DNA of 64,000 nt from Candidatus Heimdallarchaeum aukensis (GTDB lineage: Archaea > Asgardarchaeota > Heimdallarchaeia > Heimdallarchaeales > Heimdallarchaeaceae). The notes under the pieces are model-generated. The model ran no database searches and was not told where the DNA came from. It saw only the letters and a program-made list of their open reading frames with translations. The stretch covers positions 512,001 through 576,000 of the forward strand of contig CP084166.1 of assembly GCA_021513695.1 (NCBI GenBank), given 5' to 3'. Below are positions 56,093-64,000 of the stretch, piece after piece (position 1 is the stretch's first letter; every line of letters begins with the position of its first letter). The translations under genes and the position numbers were made by a program.

Positions 56093-56557
56093 TTACGATA
56101 AATTACATAAGTACTCTATTAAGTCTTCGACATCTATACATCCGTACCCTACTCTATAGGAATAATAAGTAGAATAAGTGCCTAGGTTATTTATTGGTTC
56201 TCCAACTTTATCCCAGTGTAGTTAATAATAGGAACCGATATTTCTACCACTAGGATCATTCTCGCATGAATAATCAAGACATGCTCCGAAATCTTGATAC
56301 GTTAAAGGATGAGCAGGATCAAGATGATAGTGCATACGTGAAGCTAAATAAGCAGTTACAGCTACTTGAGGTGCAGACATGCTGGTTCCAGTAGCAATAA
56401 TATTTTCCACCACTCCATCATTATCCAAATCGCTCTTCATTTCCACTTTAAATGATGGAGATACACAATCAACAGTCGCTTCACTCAACCCATGATCTTG
56501 CCAAAACAGACTACCAACATACGCACCATCAGTGTTTGGAGAATAGGTGAAAGACAT
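56093..56557 (-). pseudogene. subtilisin-like (S8) serine protease, C-terminal remnant
   Basis: Contains the catalytic-Ser motif ATGTSMSAPQVAVTAY but no Asp/His regions upstream. An in-frame TAA at 56222-56224 is followed by a still-open, family-like tail (...YRVGYGCIDVEDLIEYL). Confidence 0.65.
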
Positions 56558-56562
56558 TCTAC

Positions 56563-57276
56563 ATGTTTCATGACTTTCAAGTTCAAGATGGTATTAACCT
56601 TTACAATTCCAATGGTTTTATTATAAAAAATAATACCATTTCCTATGGCGGGTATGGACTATTTGTATCTGAATCTTCACACGGGGTATATACTAATAAT
56701 ACTTGTATAGAAAATAGCAAATATGGTGTTTATATAAAATATGGATACAACATTTCTATCAATGAAAACAACTGCAGCGCTAATGATCAAGGTATAAATC
56801 TTTACAACTCTTCTACAATTTATATCCACAATAATAGCATAAGTAAAAACACTATTGGACTGACTTTTGATCTCTCTAATCATTCAATCATCACTTTTAA
56901 TTCATTTGAGAAGAATGAACAATATGCAATAATTATGGATTCTTCATCTTCTTCTAATCTCATCCATCATAATACGTTTATTGACAACAACTTGCAAGGA
57001 ACATCTCAAGCTTGTGATAATGGTCATAATAATACTTGGTATGACCAATCAACAAAAACTGGTAATTATTGGTCTGATAGAAAAGGGATAGGAAAATATT
57101 ACATAGATGGTAATAGTAAATCGTATGATAAATACCCCCTAAAAAATCTCCCTCAACAATGTGCTGAAAAAACTTCTATTGATTTTCTCATCATTCTGAT
57201 CTCTTTTCTCTCTACAGTTATTTTGTCTTATGTCATAAGAAACAAGTATGCATTCAGACAATTACGATTTAGATAG
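56563..57276 (+). CDS. beta-helix (PbH1) protein fragment with C-terminal TM, N-terminally truncated relative of the giant family
   Basis: PbH1 units (NNTISYGGYGLFVSESSHGVYTNNTCIEN...), NNLQGTSQACDNGHNNTWYDQSTKTGNYWSD..GKYYIDG as in A and C, and TM FLIILISFLSTVILSYVI. No signal peptide; the frame opens only at 56551. Confidence 0.5.
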   Translation: MFHDFQVQDGINLYNSNGFIIKNNTISYGGYGLFVSESSHGVYTNNTCIENSKYGVYIKYGYNISINENNCSANDQGINLYNSSTIYIHNNSISKNTIGLTFDLSNHSIITFNSFEKNEQYAIIMDSSSSSNLIHHNTFIDNNLQGTSQACDNGHNNTWYDQSTKTGNYWSDRKGIGKYYIDGNSKSYDKYPLKNLPQQCAEKTSIDFLIILISFLSTVILSYVIRNKYAFRQLRFR

Positions 57277-57279
57277 GTT

Positions 57280-57567
57280 TTATCCATCAGCTAATCCAAT
57301 CACTTCTCCTCTCTTAGTGAGATAAACATCAATTTCCGCTGCTTTTTTTGCTATAACATAGTCAATAGGTAGTATATCAAATCTAGATAAGTCCTGCTCA
57401 GCTTCCTCAAGTTTATTTGAAAATATAGCTGGCTTGTTACTATAAAGATAGTATATACCGCGTAAATATTCTTGGGCAGTAATCACAGATATGGCTTTAT
57501 AGCTTGGCCCCCTATCAATTTGCTTTGCTTTTTCTAAAGCATTTGGAACAGAGTTTGATACATATAT
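57280..57567 (-). pseudogene. PIN-domain (VapC-like) toxin gene, body fragment
   Basis: Hand translation: IYVSNSVPNALEKAKQIDRGPSYKAISVITAQEYLRG...FDILPIDYVIAKKAAEIDVYLTKRGEVIGLADG*. It lacks the N-terminal Asp-containing strand and the last roughly 25-30 aa. Confidence 0.65.
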
Positions 57568-57588
57568 ATGATTAAGAATATGATTAAG

Positions 57589-57840
57589 ATGGCGAAGAAT
57601 ATAGCAGTCTCTGATGAACTCTACAAATTGCTGAAACGGTTAAAACGTCCTGGTGAAAGTTTTACTGATGTGATTTTAAGATCAATAAAACATTCAACCT
57701 CTATAATGGATATTGCAGGTAAAAAAACAATACCCCTAGAAGAGTGGGAAAAACTCAAAAAATTATTTGAAGCGAAAGAAATAGAGGATTACAAGTGTAA
57801 AAGAGATTTGCTTGAGAAGGCTAATAATGTATCTTATTGA
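57589..57840 (+). CDS. vapB: VapB-type antitoxin (archaeal PF02697/DUF217-like pattern)
   Basis: MAKNIAVSDELYKLLKRLKRPGESFTDVILRSI matches the family pattern I recall (M.K.I.ISDE.Y..L..LK....SFS.VI..L). The start is placed at the third in-frame ATG. Confidence 0.65.
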   Translation: MAKNIAVSDELYKLLKRLKRPGESFTDVILRSIKHSTSIMDIAGKKTIPLEEWEKLKKLFEAKEIEDYKCKRDLLEKANNVSY

Positions 57841-57877
57841 CACAGATTTTATAATATATATTCATATGTATTATTAA
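57827..57877 (+). pseudogene. first codons of the PIN (VapC) gene, separated from its body
   Basis: The ATG overlaps the vapB end by 14 nt, as in TA operons. MYLIDTDFIIY is the PIN N-terminal strand with the catalytic Asp; it then reads IHMYY*. Confidence 0.6.
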
Positions 57878-57916
57878 AAATTTCCTAATCACATGCTCCA
57901 AAAAAAATAAAGAATG

Positions 57917-58981
57917 TTAATTATCATAGAATCGTAAATAGAAATAACTGCTAGGATCACCATCTTCAAGTACAGGAACAGAAGTGTAGGCATCAACATA
58001 ATCTTTTATTGTGTCAAAAACATTTTCTAAGTCAAGGTCAAAATTTATCCATTCACAACTGGAGCTATCCCAGTATTGTTTTATAAAATAACCTGTAAGA
58101 GCTCCATGGTAGTTGCTTCCATCCGGCATATAATTAAAGAATTTAGCTTGAGTAGTTTCATTGTATCTACACGCTGCAATCATAAGTACATTCTCTGAGG
58201 CTTGAATAGACATTATTTCATTCATTCCTCCAGAAAAGCATGAATCAATAAAAACAAGTAATTTTGATTCATAAGTCGTAGTTGAATCAGAACAAGCAAA
58301 TTTATCAAAAAGTATCTTTAAATTATAGTCATAAAGAAATTCATCTATTCCATAAGCTTGAACACTATGCTCTTCTTCATTATAACTATATCCATGCCCC
58401 GAGTAAATAAAGAATATTAAGTCATTTGGATCAGAATTTTCAACAACATTAGCTGTAACATCGTAAATATTTTGTAGTGTTGCTTGATGATAATCAAAGT
58501 TAAAGATACCACCTCCAGGACCTGATGTGTCAGGTAAATCAAAAAGACTTTCTCGATTTACAGATTCTTCGTGGCCAAGTAGGTGAACATTCATAGAAAA
58601 AGAAACAATATCATAAGTTTCTGGTTGTTGATCAAATAATTCAAAAAGAGCTGAAGCCCACATACACCATAAAATTGCATCTTCCCACGCACCAGCACAA
58701 TATTGTCCAGTTTGATCTTGACCAATACCGATAATAATAAACTCTGCCTTAATTTTATTGTCAGTGCCACTAGGATAGTCTATTACTGGAATAGTTGGTC
58801 CATTAACTCCTCCCCCATCACCGGTACCAGGATCAAGTTCAAAACCTTTTGTCAATAAGACTTCTTGAAAGAGTGTATTATTTATACTAGAACATAGTAA
58901 TGTCGATAAAATAAATAACGTAATAAAAATATTTTTATTAATTTTATTCACAGACCTATTAAAAAAATAACAACATCCCAT
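57917..58981 (-). CDS. extracytoplasmic caspase-like (clan CD) cysteine peptidase
   Basis: N-terminal anchor IFITLFILSTLLCSS. His/Cys dyad contexts LIFFIYSGHGYS and LLVFIDSCFSGGM. Confidence 0.65.
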   Translation of the reverse strand: MGCCYFFNRSVNKINKNIFITLFILSTLLCSSINNTLFQEVLLTKGFELDPGTGDGGGVNGPTIPVIDYPSGTDNKIKAEFIIIGIGQDQTGQYCAGAWEDAILWCMWASALFELFDQQPETYDIVSFSMNVHLLGHEESVNRESLFDLPDTSGPGGGIFNFDYHQATLQNIYDVTANVVENSDPNDLIFFIYSGHGYSYNEEEHSVQAYGIDEFLYDYNLKILFDKFACSDSTTTYESKLLVFIDSCFSGGMNEIMSIQASENVLMIAACRYNETTQAKFFNYMPDGSNYHGALTGYFIKQYWDSSSCEWINFDLDLENVFDTIKDYVDAYTSVPVLEDGDPSSYFYLRFYDN

Positions 58982-59042
58982 ATTTAAATATTTCGGATAA
59001 TAGGAAACAATATTTATTAATGTCTATAAAGCACATACCATA

Positions 59043-61805
59043 ATGTTGATAGTAAAACAGTATAGAACCAAAATAGTTTTTATTATTGTAGTCTATTCTT
59101 TATTTATTAGTTCAAGCGTTAATTTATCTCAAGAAAAGATATATGCCTATGAAGTTCAAAAAGATCATAATAATCTAAAAAAAATTGAACAGAATAGCAG
59201 TTTTTCTATTTATAATAGTTCTAAATACAGAGTATTATGGAAATTAACCATTCCATCACCATATTATGGAGATATTTCATTTATTGATTTAACAGATGAT
59301 AATAAACTAGATTTACTAATTGGAAAGCCTGATGAAGGATTATATGCTATAAATGGATTTAATGGTTCTATTATTTGGACAAAAAATTACTCTTCCAATA
59401 GTTGGTGGTTTCCTTATGTCAAGTGTTATGGAGCAAATTTTTTGGACATTGACTCTGATAATGAACTTGAGATCATTTTTAGTGTTGCTAATAATCGTAC
59501 TATTAATGCTTTAGAAAAAAATTCTACAGATATTTGGTCATATTATTGTAATGATGGTAATGGTAATACTGTTTTGGTTGATACAAACAATGATGGTTAT
59601 AAAGAACTTCTTTTTGGTTTTTCTGGAGGAATAAAAACTCTTTCTCCTTTTAACAGAACTGTTCTGTGGAGCTATGAAAACGATCTTCTTTCTTCTGGAG
59701 AATCATATCTGACTATAGCAGATTTAAACAACGATGGATTTGATGATGTAATTGATGCTTCATCTTTTGGTAATCTGATTGCAATTAATGGAAAAACACA
59801 TACACTTCTATGGGAAAGAACTTTACCTAAAAAAAATAAAGATAAAGAATTAAGACATCTTTCTAGGCCTGTTGCTGGAGATATGGACGGAGATGGTCAA
59901 TTAGAAGTGTTTGTAAGTGCAGGAAAAGAATATAAGAATATTTTTTTCACACTTGATGGAAAAACAGGAAAAACAATTTGGAAGGTTGAAGGAGAAAAAT
60001 TTAGTCGTGACACAGTTCTTGGAGATTTAAATGGAGATAATATTTTAGATATCGTTTCAACAACTACTGATGGTAAAATAATTGTGCTTGATGGTTTAAA
60101 AGGAAAAACTTTATGGACATTTCAATTTGGCAAATCATTGAACAATCCAGATAGCTATGGATTACCTCTTTCTTGCCCTGTTTTAGGTGACCTTAATAAT
60201 GATAACAGATTAGATGTTTTAATAGGCTCATGTGATGGTAAATATTATATCCTTGACGGATTAACAGGTAACCCTTTGTTTATTTTTGACAATCCTTCAA
60301 TATCTGAAGGACATAGAAAAACAGTAGATATTATTGATACAGGTGCTATCGTAGATTTAGACGGAGACGGAGAAAATGAAGTTGTTCTTGTCTGGACAGG
60401 TTTAGGTGTCTACGCTTACGATTTTGAGGAGGAATTAGCAGGAAAAAGAATTTTCTGGGGGACAAAGAGAGGAAATTCTTTGCAATGGGGAAATGCTTTA
60501 GCATTAGATCAAGATAATGACAGATTATCAGATTACAGTGAAAAATTATTTGGGACAGATAAAACGAATCCTGATACTGATGGAGATGGATTACCTGATG
60601 GTTATGAACTCAGTTACTTAAATACATCACCAACTCTATATGATACTGATAATAATGGAATTAGCGATGGTGAAGAAGACTTTGATGGTGACGGATTATT
60701 AAATGAACAAGAATTTAGACGCTTTACTGACCCATTTATATTTGATTCTGATTTTGATGGAATAAGAGATAAGCTTGACCTTTTTCCTTATTTAAATGAC
60801 TATATCGTTTATTCTAAAATTCTTGGAATTGTTTCTTTGTTTAGTTTTTCATTGTATAGTTACAAAAACTACAGGAAAAAAGGTTTAGTTTATCGAATTA
60901 TAAACTACGCTTACCTTAAAACAAAAAGGTTCCTTAAAAAATGTAAAAACTTTTTTAAAAAAACATCAGACGAAGTATTCTACTTTCTTCTCGTCAATAA
61001 AGGGTTAACAATAGCAAAAACCATTCTTGCCTTTATTCTTTCTAATATACTAATTATTCCTTTTTTCATTCCAGCTTGGAGAGAAAGAATGTATCTTAAG
61101 AATACTGAAGCACATATCACAATTTCTGATACAGGATTCCATAATATGGGATACATTGATCATTCGGGAGAATGTGTAGGAAAATACTGGCTTAGAACAG
61201 AAGATGGAGTATTCTATGCAATAAGTGGATATAAAGGAAACTTACCATACGGAGATTTCTATATTCGTGGTGAAGGATTTACTTATGATTCTGGAGATTT
61301 GGGGTTGAACTATCTTTTTGAAATGTCTCCTGAAGATGTGAAAGAAATAAAAGCAGCTCTTAGAAGACCTTGGTTATTGTTACTAGGATTAGTAGCTGTA
61401 AGCTTAGTGTTTTACTTAACATTCTACATTCTACAAAAGCTCATAAGCAAAATAACAGAACAGTCGTTTAAAGGAACACCATTTGAAGAGATGATTGCCA
61501 GTTTCCTCGAAGAAGTAAAGAAAATTACTTTTAGGAAACAGGAAAGTTTTGCAATGCAAGGATTATGGTTTGATCTAATAGAATACTACTGGGACAAAGG
61601 GTTAAGTAAATACGTCGACATTGATAAAAAACAATTAGTTCAGAGTAAAGGAGCACAAAAATATTTCATCAAAGACGATATTCAAGTTAAAGATGTTATT
61701 ATATACCTTGTTCTGTCTGATCCAGAAGCTCAAAAGACTAAGTTACCTATCATCATCAGGACCAATAGATTAAAAAAATCTAAACTGGAAAAAATAGATA
61801 ATTAA
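59043..61805 (+). CDS. integrin-alpha-like FG-GAP/beta-propeller protein with TSP3-type repeats, TM segments and a cytoplasmic domain
   Basis: Signal peptide. About 8 repeats with DxDxDG-type loops (DLNNDGFDDV, GDMDGDGQLEV, GDLNGDNILDI, GDLNNDNRLDV, VDLDGDGENEV), each followed by G..(I/L)W. Then DQDNDRLSDY, NPDTDGDGLPDGYE, YDTDNNGISDGEEDFDGDGLLNEQE. Hydrophobic helices after residue 590. Confidence 0.75.
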   Translation: MLIVKQYRTKIVFIIVVYSLFISSSVNLSQEKIYAYEVQKDHNNLKKIEQNSSFSIYNSSKYRVLWKLTIPSPYYGDISFIDLTDDNKLDLLIGKPDEGLYAINGFNGSIIWTKNYSSNSWWFPYVKCYGANFLDIDSDNELEIIFSVANNRTINALEKNSTDIWSYYCNDGNGNTVLVDTNNDGYKELLFGFSGGIKTLSPFNRTVLWSYENDLLSSGESYLTIADLNNDGFDDVIDASSFGNLIAINGKTHTLLWERTLPKKNKDKELRHLSRPVAGDMDGDGQLEVFVSAGKEYKNIFFTLDGKTGKTIWKVEGEKFSRDTVLGDLNGDNILDIVSTTTDGKIIVLDGLKGKTLWTFQFGKSLNNPDSYGLPLSCPVLGDLNNDNRLDVLIGSCDGKYYILDGLTGNPLFIFDNPSISEGHRKTVDIIDTGAIVDLDGDGENEVVLVWTGLGVYAYDFEEELAGKRIFWGTKRGNSLQWGNALALDQDNDRLSDYSEKLFGTDKTNPDTDGDGLPDGYELSYLNTSPTLYDTDNNGISDGEEDFDGDGLLNEQEFRRFTDPFIFDSDFDGIRDKLDLFPYLNDYIVYSKILGIVSLFSFSLYSYKNYRKKGLVYRIINYAYLKTKRFLKKCKNFFKKTSDEVFYFLLVNKGLTIAKTILAFILSNILIIPFFIPAWRERMYLKNTEAHITISDTGFHNMGYIDHSGECVGKYWLRTEDGVFYAISGYKGNLPYGDFYIRGEGFTYDSGDLGLNYLFEMSPEDVKEIKAALRRPWLLLLGLVAVSLVFYLTFYILQKLISKITEQSFKGTPFEEMIASFLEEVKKITFRKQESFAMQGLWFDLIEYYWDKGLSKYVDIDKKQLVQSKGAQKYFIKDDIQVKDVIIYLVLSDPEAQKTKLPIIIRTNRLKKSKLEKIDN

Positions 61806-61816
61806 TAAAGCATTTT

Positions 61817-62299
61817 TTATTTTGTTCGTAGTAATCTTGAAAGATGATAACCACAGCTTACAGGTAGTATTGGATGCTTTTTTCCGCTGATTGATATTGA
61901 AATATTTTTTATTATTTTTATTTCAGAATAATGACGCCAACCTTTACTTAAAACAAGAGGGTAGTATGATTTCTTAATATTTTTTGAACAATATTCTTCA
62001 ACTATAGTTTTTACTACTTTTGAACCATTTTCTAGTTTTTCAATGACTTCTTTAGCTTTTGCACTTTTGTTTTTCAATTCAGCAATTATAATATACAAAC
62101 AATGATTAGTCTCAACAATAATAATACAATCTGATGATTTTTCCTTAATTAACGAGTCCCCATCTAATATTATATATTCTTTATCAATATCAATTTTTAG
62201 TTCACAGTTTCTTTCATAACATTTCTTTCTTGAATAGTCCGAATAAAATTGGCTAACAGTTTGAAAAAAAGTCATAGAAAATCCCATTGAAATAATCAT
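61817..62299 (-). CDS. hypothetical protein, possible PD-(D/E)xK nuclease fold
   Basis: 160 aa. SSDCIIIVETNHCLYIIIAELKNKS offers a D ... E-x-K arrangement on alternating strands. This is weak, from motif only. Confidence 0.3.
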   Translation of the reverse strand: MIISMGFSMTFFQTVSQFYSDYSRKKCYERNCELKIDIDKEYIILDGDSLIKEKSSDCIIIVETNHCLYIIIAELKNKSAKAKEVIEKLENGSKVVKTIVEEYCSKNIKKSYYPLVLSKGWRHYSEIKIIKNISISISGKKHPILPVSCGYHLSRLLRTK

Positions 62300-62967
62300 T
62301 CTAGTTCTTTTTTTAGTTTAAAAATTTCTTCATGGTATCTCTTTTCCTTTTCTTACTGATATTAATAGAGTTATTATAAGCTATAAACAAAACTGTTATA
62401 ATAAAAGATTATTAGAAATTATAAAATTAATGTGAGTACAAAGTTGTTTTCATTATCAAAACATACTCGAAAAACGCTTAAATTTGACACCTATTACAAT
62501 TATTAAAACAATACCAAAAAATGAGATTGTCCCAATCACATACGAAGGATACATTTATTCCCATATAGAATGACTGCTTTCCCCATAGATCCAATTTTAA
62601 ACACTACTTTTATTATCGTTTAAACTTGGGATATTCTGATTCTAGTGCATATTCTTATGCAAGATATAAAGCATAGTACTAACATAAAGACCAAATTTCT
62701 CTGAAAAATGATTAATGCAAATATATTTGGTTGCTATATTAGTAAAATAACAATACCACAAAGATGTTTTTTAATTAAAGATTGAAGAAACAGGTAGAGT
62801 ACAATGAATCTTGTACTAAATAAGGTCAAATTAACACCTGTTATTCATCCTTTACAAAAAGGACAATCCTGTTCGTTAACAAATCTATAACTATATGTCA
62901 AAAATGATATATAGATGTTTAAAATAATGAATATTTGATAGAAAAGTATGTATTTTGTTGATAAAAA

Positions 62968-64000
62968 ATGAGCAATAATAAACATACTACAATCGCATTA
63001 ATAATAGTCATATTGTCATTAGCTCTTGTTTTTATTAAACCAACAGGAGCTGGTTGGGTAGAATGGGAAGGGAAAGTGTATAATGAATGGAATAATGGAG
63101 TAAGTGGAGCAATAGTAAAACTAAAACAGAATAATGTTGTTGTTAAAACAACAACCACAGATAGTAATGGGGAATATTCTCTCATATACTATACTTCTAG
63201 CTATGCTACATACAAAATTACAGTGACTAAGGAGGATTATAATAGTCAAACAAAGACTGTTCCCAAGACTTCCCTTGGAGAACCCTGGGTTGTAGATTTT
63301 AATATTCGCTATGTTATGAAATATGCTGTGATCGTGGGAATAGAAGATTATGCTTATCTTAATGATTTACAGTATACAGAAAATGATGCAGATGCTTGGT
63401 ACGACTTCTTATGTGATACATCTTTAGATTTCGATGAAGTGGATCTATATAAAGGTAGTAATGCATATGAATCCGCCATCAAAAACGCTTTAGAAAATAT
63501 GGTAAATATAGCTGATAAAGGTGACATTATTGCATTTATTTTCTCAGGGCATGGTTATAAAAAAAGTAGTACTGAACATGCCCTTTCTATGTGGGATGCT
63601 GATGGTAATGGTAACACAGGTTACTTATATGATTCAGAACTAGCAACTATTTTAACTAGTTCAGAAGCTGAAAGAATATTTCTATTTTTTGACTGTTGTT
63701 ACAGCTATGGAATGCAAGAGGAGTTGGCAGAGATAGGAAGCAAAGATCATATCCTTCTTACTAGTTCTTGTGATAAAAATGAAATTTCCTATTATGACAA
63801 AGCAAATGAAAAGAGTTGTTGGACGCAAAGTTTTTTAGTAGAATCATGGATTAATAATAATGAGCCAGAAGATCCTGTAATAGATGTTTTCAACGATGCA
63901 ATAATTTATTTCAGAGCCCATATAACTAATGGAGATGATTATTACTCAACGGATCAGAATCCGCAATTGTGGAACCCTTATGGAAACAATTTTCGATTAA
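62968..64000 (+). CDS. secreted protein with CarboxypepD_reg-like domain and caspase-like (clan CD) peptidase domain, 3'-partial
   Basis: Not in the ORF track because it runs off the window. The ATG at 62968 gives MSNNKHTTIALIIVILSLALVFIKPTGA (signal). GKVYNEWNNGVSGAIVKLKQNNVVVKTTTTDSNGEYSL, then YAVIVGIEDY...IIAFIFSGHGYK...IFLFFDCCYSYGM. Confidence 0.7.
   Translation, partial: MSNNKHTTIALIIVILSLALVFIKPTGAGWVEWEGKVYNEWNNGVSGAIVKLKQNNVVVKTTTTDSNGEYSLIYYTSSYATYKITVTKEDYNSQTKTVPKTSLGEPWVVDFNIRYVMKYAVIVGIEDYAYLNDLQYTENDADAWYDFLCDTSLDFDEVDLYKGSNAYESAIKNALENMVNIADKGDIIAFIFSGHGYKKSSTEHALSMWDADGNGNTGYLYDSELATILTSSEAERIFLFFDCCYSYGMQEELAEIGSKDHILLTSSCDKNEISYYDKANEKSCWTQSFLVESWINNNEPEDPVIDVFNDAIIYFRAHITNGDDYYSTDQNPQLWNPYGNNFRL

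Noticed and set aside
62919-63185. 88-aa minus-strand ORF
   Set aside because: It is antisense to the 5' end of the partial plus-strand gene starting at 62968, which has a signal peptide and recognisable domains.
1-64000. tRNA, rRNA or other structured RNA genes
   Set aside because: In this AT-rich window such genes should stand out as G+C-rich islands. The only such islands I found are the IS elements and the hairpin at 14875-14926. This was a by-eye scan, so tRNAscan-SE or Infernal should be run before treating absence as established.

Overview
Strongly AT-rich archaeal chromosome segment. The gene content points to an Asgard (Lokiarchaeia-like) genome, which is an inference: eukaryote-like Arf-type and Rab-type small GTPases, recurrent Roadblock/longin-like domains, NreA, tungsten-type aldehyde:ferredoxin oxidoreductase, an LLM-class oxidoreductase and an archaeal VapB-type antitoxin. 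I support about 45 protein genes. There are five insertion-sequence copies from three families and roughly ten pseudogenes or gene fragments. I recognised no rRNA, tRNA or CRISPR array. Layout: 0-15 kb holds housekeeping and surface genes (biotin carboxylase, TldD/PmbA, NreA, a 1136-aa surface protein). 15-33 kb holds a small-GTPase neighbourhood with several 7-TM proteins carrying a C-terminal Roadblock-like domain. 33.8-37.3 kb is a compact three-gene operon. 37.3-46 kb holds three tandem giant paralogs (beta-helix, TSP3-type Ca repeats, TM, cytoplasmic coiled coil). 44-58 kb is an IS-ridden decay zone. 58-64 kb encodes integrin-like and caspase-like surface proteins. Best candidate for a new system: 33829-37284, where a DUF2207-like membrane protein ends in GGGGGG-(Cys-Ala)6-GGGR and is translationally coupled to a PqqD/radical-SAM/SPASM maturase. 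Second: four paralogous 7TM-Roadblock proteins plus a TPR-Roadblock fusion, lying around lipid-anchor-less Arf-like and Rab-like GTPases. All domain calls come from motif recognition by eye and all coordinates of repeats and junctions were counted by hand. None has been checked by search or structure prediction.
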